36,372 nucleotides of DNA from Gammaproteobacteria bacterium. GTDB taxonomy: Bacteria; Pseudomonadota; Gammaproteobacteria; Pseudomonadales; Azotimanducaceae. The stretch lies in contig RGAU01000001.1 of NCBI GenBank assembly GCA_009919975.1, positions 1-36,372 on the forward strand, read 5' to 3'. Shown one piece after another: positions 16,038-24,930 of the stretch. The notes below the pieces were generated by a model that ran no database searches, had not been told where the DNA came from, and saw nothing but the letters and a program-made list of their open reading frames with translations. Made by a program: the position numbers and the translations under genes. Each line of letters opens with the position of its first letter. Position 1 is the stretch's first letter.

Positions 16038-17387
16038 CTAAAGGGATTGGGCGGCTCGGGCATCCCGGCGAGCGATGCGCTCCCGGAAGCGCTGGTGCCG
16101 CTCCGCGGTAAGGGGCCAGGTCCAGCAGAGATAGAGCGCCAGTAAAAAGAGCACCGTGGGCACGATGGCGTAGAGCACGGAGAGCCAGAGAAGGGCGTCC
16201 GCGCCGTTCTCCGCGCCGGGGGTCGCGTCGTAGCCCGTGAGGGCCAGGAGCGGTAGGGATAGGCCCGCGAAGGACGCCGCACATTTGGTCATGAAGCCGT
16301 GCACGGCGAAGTAGCTGCCTGTGCGCGGATCCCGGGACCGAGCCGTATCGATATCAATGACGTCCGCCATCATGGCGATGGGGAGATAGGCGAAGGCGCC
16401 GAAGCACAGCCCCTTCGCCGCAAAGAGCCACTTGAAAGCCGTTTCCGACCCCGGAGGCAGGGCGAAGATGGCGAGGCTGACGAAGCTCACGAGAATCATC
16501 GCGCTGGCCAGGGAGCGGTGCTTCCCGTAGCGCCGGGCGAGGAAATCCCAGCCGGGGATGGCGAGGAGCCCGGTGACGAAATAGATCACATAGAGCTGGC
16601 CCGCTCGGGGAATGCCAATGACGTCCTGCATAAAAAAGAGGGAGAGGGCATTACGGAAGCTTTCCCCGCCCGTGATCACCAGTTCGATGACCACCACCAC
16701 TCGAAAGAGGCCGTTGGACCACATGAGCTTAAGGGAGCGCAAAAAGGGCGTGCGCCCCGCGCTTTGGGCCAGGGGTGGCTCGGGCACCTGGGTTAGGGTC
16801 CAGAGCCCGACACCGGGCAGAGCGATCAGGATCAACAGGCCGTAGCCGCCGAGCACGGCGAGGGCGGTGGCGTCGTCTCCGAGCTGAAACTCGACGAGAG
16901 CCGGGACGAAGGCGGCGGCGATGAGCCCCAGGAGTACGAAGCGCTGTCGGGCCGAGTTTAACTGCGTGCGGCCGTGGTAATCCTTGGCGAGTTCCGCGCC
17001 CCAGGCGCCATAGGGCACGAGCACCATGGTGGAGCCCACGCGCAAGCCGATGTACCAGAACGCGAGGTAGGCGGCGGTGGCGCCCTCCGTAGGATTCAAT
17101 ACGCTCCAGATCGCCAGGGTCAGGAGGGGAATGCCGGCTCCGACCCAGAGGCGTCGCCGACCCCAGCGGGTCCGCAGGCGATCGCTGGCGAAGCCCATGA
17201 GCGGATCGGTGATGGCGTCGAAGATGGCCGCGGCGGTGATAATGAGGCCCACCACGGCGAGTTCCACCCCCACATCGCTGGAGTAGGCTCGGGGAAGCCA
17301 AATGCCGAGGGGGTAGCCCAGAAGCGCTAGGGGAAAGCCCAGGGCTCCATAGCTCCAGATGGTTTTTAGGCGCAGGCCTTCGGCCAT
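16038..17387 (-). CDS. MFS transporter, glycoside-pentoside-hexuronide (GPH) cation symporter family
   Basis: It carries the GPH signature DAITDPLMGFASDRLRTRWGRRRLW and is polytopic. I prefer the start at ATG 17387 (GGAGAGGAAG upstream); an alternative ATG lies at 17408. There is a 10-nt gap to the crotonase gene. Confidence 0.8.
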   Translation of the reverse strand: MAEGLRLKTIWSYGALGFPLALLGYPLGIWLPRAYSSDVGVELAVVGLIITAAAIFDAITDPLMGFASDRLRTRWGRRRLWVGAGIPLLTLAIWSVLNPTEGATAAYLAFWYIGLRVGSTMVLVPYGAWGAELAKDYHGRTQLNSARQRFVLLGLIAAAFVPALVEFQLGDDATALAVLGGYGLLILIALPGVGLWTLTQVPEPPLAQSAGRTPFLRSLKLMWSNGLFRVVVVIELVITGGESFRNALSLFFMQDVIGIPRAGQLYVIYFVTGLLAIPGWDFLARRYGKHRSLASAMILVSFVSLAIFALPPGSETAFKWLFAAKGLCFGAFAYLPIAMMADVIDIDTARSRDPRTGSYFAVHGFMTKCAASFAGLSLPLLALTGYDATPGAENGADALLWLSVLYAIVPTVLFLLALYLCWTWPLTAERHQRFRERIARRDARAAQSL

Positions 17388-17467
17388 GGCATGACTTCCT
17401 CTCCCCATTGCTCCCAGGCAGAGTGTCTCAGAGCCGTGGCCGGACCGGAAGCTGTTATTCTAGGGCC

Positions 17468-18676
17468 ATGGCCGCGCCCCCCACCCATCCTCGCTCCGAC
17501 GACGACTGGTCCCTGCTCTGGGTCGCGCTGCTGGCGGCCGTGACCGCCACCGGGCCCCTTGCCATGCAGATCTTTTTGCCCTCCGTGCCCCTGGTGCAGC
17601 AAACCTTCGGGGTCAGCGCGGGGGCGGCTCAGCTCACCTTAAGCCTAGCCCTCGTGGCCGTGGCTTGCGCCACCCTGGTTTACGGACCCTTGGCCGATCG
17701 CTACGGACGGCGTCCCGTGATGCTCGGGGGGCTTGCGCTCTTTGCCCTGGGCTCCGTGGCCTGCGCTCTGGCGCCGACGCTCGATAGCCTCATTGCCGCC
17801 CGGGTGCTCCAATCCGCCGGCGGCGCCGTGGGTATGGTGCTGCCCCGAGCCGTGGTGCGCGATCGCTTCGGCCCGGAGCGGGCGGCGGGGCTCATCGCTC
17901 AGCTTTCCATGGTAATGGTGGTGGCGCCCATGGTGGCCCCGGCCCTGGGCGGCGTGCTGACGGATTTGATCGATTGGCGGGCCGTGTTTTGGTTTACGGC
18001 CCTTGCGGGGCTCCTCATTTCCCTGCTCGTGTTCTTCGCGCTGCCGGAAACCTTGCCCCGCTCGGCCCTGACCTTTGGGGTCGGCGCGCTTCTCCGGGGC
18101 TTCTGGCTGTGCCTGGGCTCGGCCCGCTACCGGGCTTACATGGGCCACGCGGCGGCGTCCTCCATGATCTTCTTCGCTTTTATCAGTGCGGCGCCCTATC
18201 TCATGGTGAACACGCTCGGGCAGGGAGCGACGGCCTACGGGATGTGGTTCATCATCATTTCCCTCGGCTATATGGGGGGGAATCTTTTGGCCGTGCGCCT
18301 GTCCGGGCGCTACCCTGTGCTGGGGCTGATGCTGGCCGGCTCTACCCTCGCGGTGCTCGGCATTGCGCTGGCGGCGCTTCTCGCGCTTTGGGGGCCCCTT
18401 ACCCCGGCGGGGCTCTTCCTGCCCATCGCCCTGTCCATGATTGGCAGCGGCCTGGCGGCCCCGAACGCCCAGGCGGGGGCCATTAACGTCTTCCCCGAGC
18501 GCGCGGGAACCGCCTCTGGGCTAACGAGCTTCATGCAGATGTTTGTGGCGGGCCTCGCCACCCAGGCCGTAGGGGTAGCGCAGAACGGCACCCCCTGGCC
18601 TATGCTCGGGGCCATGGCCCTTGGGTCCTCCGTGGCCCTGGGCTGCATCGCCTGGGCCTATCGCCTCGAAGCTTAG
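17468..18676 (+). CDS. MFS multidrug efflux transporter, Bcr/CflA family
   Basis: MAAPP… start at ATG 17468. It has GPLAMQIFLPSVP and the MFS motif GPLADRYGRRPVML, with about 12 predicted TM segments by eye. Confidence 0.85.
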   Translation: MAAPPTHPRSDDDWSLLWVALLAAVTATGPLAMQIFLPSVPLVQQTFGVSAGAAQLTLSLALVAVACATLVYGPLADRYGRRPVMLGGLALFALGSVACALAPTLDSLIAARVLQSAGGAVGMVLPRAVVRDRFGPERAAGLIAQLSMVMVVAPMVAPALGGVLTDLIDWRAVFWFTALAGLLISLLVFFALPETLPRSALTFGVGALLRGFWLCLGSARYRAYMGHAAASSMIFFAFISAAPYLMVNTLGQGATAYGMWFIIISLGYMGGNLLAVRLSGRYPVLGLMLAGSTLAVLGIALAALLALWGPLTPAGLFLPIALSMIGSGLAAPNAQAGAINVFPERAGTASGLTSFMQMFVAGLATQAVGVAQNGTPWPMLGAMALGSSVALGCIAWAYRLEA

Positions 18677-18678
18677 GA

Positions 18679-19389
18679 CTAGGACTCGGCCACGCCCTGG
18701 AAGCGGACCCCGGCGATGGTGGTCGGGGCCGGGGCGTCGTGGCCCGCCCGAACCTTAAGGTCAATACCCACGAGCGCCTCCATCGGCCCTGCTTCAAAGA
18801 GGATCCGATTGCCGTCGAGGGCGAGGCAGGGCAAATCTTCATGTTCCGTAAGGGGCGTTTCCAGCACGGCGCTCCAGCGGGCCGCCAGGGCTTCCGGGGT
18901 GGGACTGGCGAGGCGCGCTGCGGCAAAGCCCGCGGCCCAGCCCGCGTCACGTTGCTCAGTCCAGCTCGGGCCCGCCCAGTGCCAGCCGTCCCAGCTGGGC
19001 ATCTGATCAATGGAGACGATGGCGCCCCCCACATCCTTCGGGTGCAGGTGGCTGGCGATGGCTTCCGGGCGGTCCGAGGTCCACACCGTGCGGACCCCCA
19101 GGTCGGCGAAGTGCGCCCGCCGTGCGGCGAGATTGTCACACTGGAAAATCACCATGTAGCCCGCATCGCCGCCCTGGCGGTCGATCCAGCGCCCGGCGGT
19201 GGTGTTCTCCTCCACGGGGCTGACCACTTCTAGGTGGTCGTCGCCGACCACCAGCAGACGGTTTTCCAAGCCAAAGGCGCCGACCCCGGGATCGATGTAG
19301 CCGAGGGGCACGGCGAGAAAGGCGCGTAGCTCATCAATGACGGGATCGCGCTGGGCGGCGGCCAGGGCAAGTTGGCGAAGACGTAGCAT
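18679..19389 (-). CDS. VOC/glyoxalase-like domain protein
   Basis: 236 aa with GC3-rich coding and GGGGAGGGA upstream of the ATG. The sequence pattern (…LEVVSPVEENTTAGRW…GYMVIFQCDNL…) resembles glyoxalase-like domain proteins. This is a weak by-eye assignment. Confidence 0.5.
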   Translation of the reverse strand: MLRLRQLALAAAQRDPVIDELRAFLAVPLGYIDPGVGAFGLENRLLVVGDDHLEVVSPVEENTTAGRWIDRQGGDAGYMVIFQCDNLAARRAHFADLGVRTVWTSDRPEAIASHLHPKDVGGAIVSIDQMPSWDGWHWAGPSWTEQRDAGWAAGFAAARLASPTPEALAARWSAVLETPLTEHEDLPCLALDGNRILFEAGPMEALVGIDLKVRAGHDAPAPTTIAGVRFQGVAES

Positions 19390-19423
19390 GGGTGGGTCCC
19401 TCCCCGGTAAGCGAAGCCCAAGG

Positions 19424-19918
19424 CTAGCTCAGGGGCGGCGTGGATTCGACCACCTCCACGCGCAGGGCGGGGTGCCGCATGGCCTCGGCCTTCCAGAAGG
19501 CGCGGCCGGCCTGATTGGGCGCGAGGACCTGAACGTGTACGGGCATCCCCGGATAGGCCGCTAGGAGCCAGCTCAGGAAGGCTGTGCCCAGCCCCTCCCG
19601 GCGCAGGGCCGGGGCGATGCGAAGCTCGCGAAGCCGAAGCGTCGAGCCCGCCGCGGACCACTGGGCGTGGCCCGCGAAGGAGGGGGCGGCGCCGAGGAGC
19701 ATGGCGTGCTCCCCTTCTTGGAGTCGGCGAAAGAGCCGCTGTCGCTGGGTGGCGATGGCTGCGGGATCCCGGGCCGGGCGCCCTTCGTCCTCAAGCAGCG
19801 CGAGGCTGCTGTCCACTAGCGCTGCAAAGGGATCTCGAAAGGCACCGCGCAGCTGGACCGGCGTGAGGGCCAGGCCGGCGATGTGTTCCCTTGATTTGCC
19901 CCAGGGCCCCTGGCTCAA
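19424..19918 (-). CDS. GNAT-family N-acetyltransferase
   Basis: It has the acetyl-CoA motif LRIAPALRREGLGTAFL. I propose the start at TTG 19918..19916, with AAGGAG 6 nt upstream. This gives 164 aa and removes the overlap with the divergent tatT. Confidence 0.65.
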   Translation of the reverse strand: MSQGPWGKSREHIAGLALTPVQLRGAFRDPFAALVDSSLALLEDEGRPARDPAAIATQRQRLFRRLQEGEHAMLLGAAPSFAGHAQWSAAGSTLRLRELRIAPALRREGLGTAFLSWLLAAYPGMPVHVQVLAPNQAGRAFWKAEAMRHPALRVEVVESTPPLS

Positions 19919-19951
19919 TGTGCGCTCCTTGCTGGCGGCGGACGGCCTGTC

Positions 19952-20824
19952 ATGATCCACGGTAAGAGAAATCCGCCCCGCCCGGGTCTTCGCGGGCTGG
20001 CCCTGGCCATGCTGCTCGTAGGTCTGTCGGGCTGCGCCGCAGTGATCTCCCGCGCCACCGATCCCCTCGCGGAAAATCTCACCCGGGCAATCCTCAATCA
20101 TAACGACCCCGAGACCATCGCGGCGGCCGTGCCGACCTATCTTGTGCTCCTCGATAGCCTACTCCAGAGCGCACCGGAGGACCCGGGTCTGCTTTTGGCT
20201 TCGGCTACCCTTCACAGCGCCTTTGCGGGCAATTTTGTTCAGGATCCCGACCGGTCAAAGCGCCTTCATGCTCGAGCCCTGGGTCTTGCCGGTGAGGCCG
20301 CGTGCCTGGCGGCGGCGGGGTGCGCCCTACGGTCCGAGCCCTACCCCCGCTTCGAAGCCTGGGTAGGTGAGCAGGAGGATCCTGCGCTGCTCTACACGCT
20401 CGCGACGAGCTGGGCGGGCTACGTGCAGGCCCATAGCGACGATTGGCGCGCCGTGGCGGAGCTGGCTCGGGTGCGCGCCCTCCTGCAGCGGGTACTGGTT
20501 TTAGATGAGGCCCACGAACATGGCGGGGCCCACCTCTACCTCGGCGTGCTTGATACCCTAGCCCCCCCGGCCCTGGGCGGCCGACCGGAAGAGGGGCGAA
20601 GCCATTTTGAGCGGGCTTGGGCCTTAAGCGAGGAGCGCCATCTGACGGCCAAGGTGCTACTTGCGGAACGCTACGCTCGCATGCTCTTTGACCGGGAGCT
20701 GCACGATCAGGTGCTTCAGGAGGTGCTAGCGGCCGATCCCGAGGCCCCGGGGCTTACCCTGGCCAACACCATCGCGCAGGCGCAGGCTAGGGCCTTGCTC
20801 GCCGACGCCGATCACTACTTCTAA
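19952..20824 (+). CDS. tatT: TatT-family TPR lipoprotein (TRAP-transporter-associated component)
   Basis: It has a lipobox (LLVGLSG-C). The C-terminal pattern is HGGAHLYLGVL…PPALGGRPEEGRSHFERA…AKVLLAERYARMLFDRELHDQVLQEVLAADPEAPGLTLAN. It lies directly upstream of the TRAP P, Q and M genes. Confidence 0.75.
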   Translation: MIHGKRNPPRPGLRGLALAMLLVGLSGCAAVISRATDPLAENLTRAILNHNDPETIAAAVPTYLVLLDSLLQSAPEDPGLLLASATLHSAFAGNFVQDPDRSKRLHARALGLAGEAACLAAAGCALRSEPYPRFEAWVGEQEDPALLYTLATSWAGYVQAHSDDWRAVAELARVRALLQRVLVLDEAHEHGGAHLYLGVLDTLAPPALGGRPEEGRSHFERAWALSEERHLTAKVLLAERYARMLFDRELHDQVLQEVLAADPEAPGLTLANTIAQAQARALLADADHYF

Positions 20825-20838
20825 CCCAAGGAGTCCCC

Positions 20839-21840
20839 ATGGTTTTCGCAGGGAAGGGGCGCTGGGCGCTCATCGCCATGCTGCTTTGCCTGAGCGCCGG
20901 CCTTCCGGCGGCCACGCTGAAGATCGCGACCCTATCGCCTCCCGGCTCCGCCTGGATGCAGGCCATGGAAGGCGCCGGGGCGCGCATCGCCGCTGAAACG
21001 GAGGGGCGCGTAACCCTGCGCTTCTACCCCGGCGGCGTCATGGGTGACGACACGGCGGTGCTGCGGAAGATTCGCTTCGGGCAGCTCCAGGGCGCCGCCC
21101 TCACCACCGGCGCGCTGCAGAACGACTTTACGGATGTGCAGCTCTACAACCTGCCCATGCTGTTCAACGATTTTGATGAGGTGGATGCGCTTCGGGCGGA
21201 GTTCGACCGGGAGCTCCTGGCGGGCTTGGAGGAGGCCGGGTGGGTGGCCTTTGGCTTTGCGGAGGCGGGCTTCGCCTATGCCATGAGCAAGGCGGAGGTG
21301 ACGACCCTTCCCGAGGCCCGGGCGCTGAAGGTGTGGTCGCCCTCCGACGATGAAGGAGCGGAAGCGGCGCTCCGGGGTTTCGGGCTGACCCCCGTGCCTT
21401 TAGGGATCGCCGATGTGCTCCCCGGTCTCCAGACCCAGCTGATCGACGCCATTGCCGCGCCCCCCGTGGGCGCCGTTGCGCTGCAGTGGTTTACCCAGCT
21501 CCGGGCTGTGCTCGATCTGCCCTTCATGTACGTCTACGGGACCCTGGCCCTGCAGCGAAAGGCCTTTGAGCGCTTGAGCGCCGAAGACCAGGCGGTGCTC
21601 CGCGCGGTGCTGTCGGAGACCTTCGCGGCCATTGGCGCTCAAAATCGCGCTGACCACGAGCAGGCCATGGCGGCCCTGAAAGCCCAGGGCTTGCGCTTCC
21701 TCGCGCCGTCCCCGGAGGCCCGGGCCGAATGGGTGGCGGCGGCGGCCGCAGCCCGACAAGAGATGATCGACAGCGGCGCCGTGAGCGCGGAGCGTTATGC
21801 GGCGCTGCAGGCGGCCCTCCGCGCCTACCGGGCGCCCTAG
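20839..21840 (+). CDS. TRAP transporter substrate-binding protein (DctP/TatP family)
   Basis: 333 aa with a signal peptide, then LKIATLSPPGSAWMQAM…RFYPGGVMGDD…LRKIRFGQLQGAAL. AAGGAG lies upstream. Confidence 0.85.
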   Translation: MVFAGKGRWALIAMLLCLSAGLPAATLKIATLSPPGSAWMQAMEGAGARIAAETEGRVTLRFYPGGVMGDDTAVLRKIRFGQLQGAALTTGALQNDFTDVQLYNLPMLFNDFDEVDALRAEFDRELLAGLEEAGWVAFGFAEAGFAYAMSKAEVTTLPEARALKVWSPSDDEGAEAALRGFGLTPVPLGIADVLPGLQTQLIDAIAAPPVGAVALQWFTQLRAVLDLPFMYVYGTLALQRKAFERLSAEDQAVLRAVLSETFAAIGAQNRADHEQAMAALKAQGLRFLAPSPEARAEWVAAAAAARQEMIDSGAVSAERYAALQAALRAYRAP

Positions 21841-21842
21841 CG

Positions 21843-22283
21843 GTGCTTCGCCTTGAAAAGGCGGTGCTGGCCGCCGCCTTCGGGCTTCTACTGCTGATTG
21901 CTCTTCTGCAGATCCTGCTCCGCAATGGCTTTTCCACAAGCGTCCCCGGGGCGGAGGAGCTTCTCCAGACGCTTGTGCTATGGCTGGCCATGCTCGGCGC
22001 GCTGGGCGCCACCCGGGAGGGGAACCATATTCGCATCGACCTCCTGGCCCAGGTCCTTCCGGGCCCCTGGGGGCAGCGCCTTCATCGTCTATCCGCCCTG
22101 GCCACGGCGGGGCTCTGCGCCTTCGCGGGCTACCACGGTGCCCTGTTGTGTCTGCTTGAGCAGGAGGAGGGGCGCTTAGCTTTTTGGGGCCTCCCCGTGT
22201 GGGCCACGCTTTTGATTATCCCCGGCGCCTTCGCGGCCATGGCCCTGCGCTTTTTTCGTCTTGCCTGGCGCCCGGCGCCATGA
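21843..22283 (+). CDS. TRAP transporter small permease (DctQ family)
   Basis: About 146 aa with four hydrophobic segments. I propose the start at GTG 21843, 2 nt after the dctP stop. Its stop overlaps the dctM start as ATGA (22280-22283). The start is uncertain. Confidence 0.7.
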   Translation: MLRLEKAVLAAAFGLLLLIALLQILLRNGFSTSVPGAEELLQTLVLWLAMLGALGATREGNHIRIDLLAQVLPGPWGQRLHRLSALATAGLCAFAGYHGALLCLLEQEEGRLAFWGLPVWATLLIIPGAFAAMALRFFRLAWRPAP

Positions 22284-23584
22284 CCGAGCTCTTCCTCGCG
22301 CTCACGGTCCTGCTGTTGCTCTCCGGGGCGCCGCTTTTTGCCATCTTGCTTGCCGCGGCCTTCACGGGCTTCGCCTGGGCCGAGATCCCCCTCACGATCG
22401 TGGCGGTGGAGCTCACCCGGCTCACGGATACGCCCCTGCTCGTCTCCTTACCCCTCTTTGCCTTTGCGGGCTACGTGCTGGCCGAGGGGCGCAGCGCCGA
22501 TCGCCTCGTTGCCCTTACGCAGGCGGCCCTCGGCGGGCTCCGGGGAGGGGTGGCATGGGTGACCGTGCTTTGCTGCGCCCTGTTTACGGCCTTCACCGGC
22601 GCCTCCGGGGTCACCTTGGTGGCCCTTGGGGCCTTGCTCTATCCCGCTCTCCGCGCCGACGGCTTTAGCGACCGTTCGGCCCTGGGCCTGGTGACCACCT
22701 CCGGAAGCCTCGGCCTGCTCCTTGTGCCTAGCGTGCCCCTCATTCTCTACGGCGTGCTCGCGCAGCAGCTGGGGGTAGGACCAAGCTTCTCCCTGCGTGA
22801 GCTGTTCCTGGCGGGGGTGGTGCCCCTGCTGGTAATGATGCTGGCCCTCGGCGCCGTGGCGCTCCTCCAGCTCCGCCGGGGCGCGCAAGATCATCTGGAA
22901 GGGGCCGCAGCGCCGGTGGCTTCGCCGGCGCCGCAGTCGAAGCTTGGGGAAGCGCTCTGGGCAGCGCGCTTTGAAGCGCCCTTGCCCGTGATCGTGCTCG
23001 GGGGCATCTACGGGGGCGTCTTTGCCCTATCCGAGGTGGCAGCGGTGACGGCCCTCTACGTGGTGCTGGCCCAGTGCCTGTGCTACCGCGATGTTCCCCT
23101 TCGCGCCCTTCCTGGCCTGGCTTGGCGCAGCATGACCCTCGTGGGGGGCGTACTCATGATCCTCGCGGCGGCCCTTGCGCTGGCCAATGTGTTCGTCGAT
23201 GCGCAGCTTCCGGAACGCATCTTCGAGGCCTTAAGTGCCCAGCTCACCTCGAAAACGAGCTTTTTACTGGCCCTCAATCTGGGCCTCTTGCTCCTGGGCA
23301 TGATCATCGATAGCTACGCGGCCATCGTCCTTCTTGTCCCGCTGCTGTTGCCCGTGGCCGTAGCCTATGAGATCCACCCGATTCACTTCGGCATGATCTT
23401 TTTGGCGAACCTTCAGCTGGGAACCTTGACGCCCCCGGTGGGCATGAACCTCTTTATCGCAAGCGTCCGTTTTAAGCAGCCCCTCGGGGTCCTTTATCGC
23501 GCGAGCCTGCCCTATCTGGGCGCGCTGCTGTTCGCCCTGCTTCTAATCACCTATATTCCTGCCCTGAGCACGTTCACGCTTTAG
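22280..23584 (+). CDS. TRAP transporter large permease (DctM family)
   Basis: MTELFLALTVLLLLSGAPLFAIL… start at ATG 22280. It is 434 aa, polytopic, and has a typical DctM C-terminal region (…PPVGMNLFIAS…). Confidence 0.9.
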   Translation: MTELFLALTVLLLLSGAPLFAILLAAAFTGFAWAEIPLTIVAVELTRLTDTPLLVSLPLFAFAGYVLAEGRSADRLVALTQAALGGLRGGVAWVTVLCCALFTAFTGASGVTLVALGALLYPALRADGFSDRSALGLVTTSGSLGLLLVPSVPLILYGVLAQQLGVGPSFSLRELFLAGVVPLLVMMLALGAVALLQLRRGAQDHLEGAAAPVASPAPQSKLGEALWAARFEAPLPVIVLGGIYGGVFALSEVAAVTALYVVLAQCLCYRDVPLRALPGLAWRSMTLVGGVLMILAAALALANVFVDAQLPERIFEALSAQLTSKTSFLLALNLGLLLLGMIIDSYAAIVLLVPLLLPVAVAYEIHPIHFGMIFLANLQLGTLTPPVGMNLFIASVRFKQPLGVLYRASLPYLGALLFALLLITYIPALSTFTL

Positions 23585-23617
23585 CCGTCGGGGCAAGGCC
23601 CTAGGGGGGAGGGCGCC

Positions 23618-24328
23618 ATGATTCGATTTCTGCGGACCGCCGGCCTGATGGCCCTCACCCTTCTGGCGCTTGGCGCGCGCGCTGAGGAGACCGTTCGGGA
23701 TCCCTTCGAGGCCTTTAACCGTCGGGCCTTTGCGCTGAATAACGCCTTGGATCGCCATTTTATTCGCCCCGCCGCCGTGGCCTACGACTCTGTGATGCCC
23801 GCACCCCTGGGGCAGGCGATTTTTCGTTTCTTCGATAATCTGGCCGAGCCCGTGAGCATGACAGGCGCACTCTTGCAGGGAGACCTGGAGCGTACGCTCA
23901 CCGCCTCGGGGCGCTTCCTTGTGAATTCGACCCTGGGACTGGGGGGTTTTTTTGACCCGGCGACGTCCATCGGCTTTGTGGACGTGGATGAGGATATTGG
24001 CCAGGCCCTAGACAGTTGGGGCCTCGATCAGACGCCCTACCTGGTCCTGCCCTTTTGGGGCCCCGGTACCCTGACGACGCTACCGGATCGGGTGCTGGTG
24101 TGGTGGTTGCCCCCCCAGCTCCTGGGGGACTACTGGGTGGCGCCCCTCCGGGTGGTGGATACGGTGTCCTATCGCGCTGGCCTTTTGGGGGCGACGAACC
24201 TCCTCGAGGGTGAAGCCCTGGATCCTTACGCCTTTGCCCGGGACAGCTACCTTCAGCGCCGTCGCCAGCTGCGTTACAACGGCGCGCCGCCGCCGGAGGT
24301 TCTCGACGCGCTGCTCGACGATTTCTAG
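23618..24328 (+). CDS. mlaA: MlaA/VacJ-family protein (outer-membrane lipid asymmetry maintenance)
   Basis: DPFEAFNRRAF.LN…RP.A.AY…FFDNLAEP……STLGLGGFFD…PYLVLPFWGP aligns by eye with E. coli MlaA. The signal peptide ends …LALGARA-EE, and the protein contains no cysteine. Confidence 0.88.
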   Translation: MIRFLRTAGLMALTLLALGARAEETVRDPFEAFNRRAFALNNALDRHFIRPAAVAYDSVMPAPLGQAIFRFFDNLAEPVSMTGALLQGDLERTLTASGRFLVNSTLGLGGFFDPATSIGFVDVDEDIGQALDSWGLDQTPYLVLPFWGPGTLTTLPDRVLVWWLPPQLLGDYWVAPLRVVDTVSYRAGLLGATNLLEGEALDPYAFARDSYLQRRRQLRYNGAPPPEVLDALLDDF

Positions 24329-24333
24329 GCCGC

Positions 24334-24747
24334 TCAGAGGTCCGGGCGGAGTACGGAAAGTTGAGCCCGTAGCCCGTCGGGATCGAGCATGAGCGTGCCC
24401 AGGTGGGCCAGAAAATCCCGCACGTGCTTCGGCACCCGCCCCCGGGCCAGAGCCCGCTCCCCGCTTTCGGTGCGCAGAAAGCGGAAGCTATCGAGGATAG
24501 GATCGGGATCCGTGATGTATTCCTGCGCCTGCTCATTGAGGTAGCCGTAGAAGGCTTCAAGTTCCTCTTCGGCAAGGCCGAAGGCCCCGGGGCGCGCCAC
24601 GGCGTTGGCCCAGAGGGTCGTGAGGTAGATGCGGTAGCGCTCCGTGTCGATGAAGGTTTCAGCAACGGTGCTATGGCTCTTCATTTCCTCCAGCACCGGG
24701 GCATAGAGCTCCCCGAAGCGCTGGCGCTGCGTGTGTTCTTGGGTCAT
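24334..24747 (-). CDS. Hypothetical protein, 137 aa
   Basis: Clean ORF with GGAAGGGAGA upstream of the ATG and GC3-rich codons. I recognise no motif. Confidence 0.6.
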   Translation of the reverse strand: MTQEHTQRQRFGELYAPVLEEMKSHSTVAETFIDTERYRIYLTTLWANAVARPGAFGLAEEELEAFYGYLNEQAQEYITDPDPILDSFRFLRTESGERALARGRVPKHVRDFLAHLGTLMLDPDGLRAQLSVLRPDL

Positions 24748-24930
24748 AGGGGTCTCCCTTCCTGAGGGGGAGCATACGGGTCAGCCCTCTCCGGTAAAAG
24801 GTGTCCCCCAAAGGAGGGCCGCCCCAGCGTTTGCAATGGCGCGGGGCCGTCGCTATCGTCCTGCGCACGTTTCAACGGGCAAAAAACTTGAGGGGGCGCC
24901 TCGACTTCGGGGGCGCTCTGGGAGATTGCC

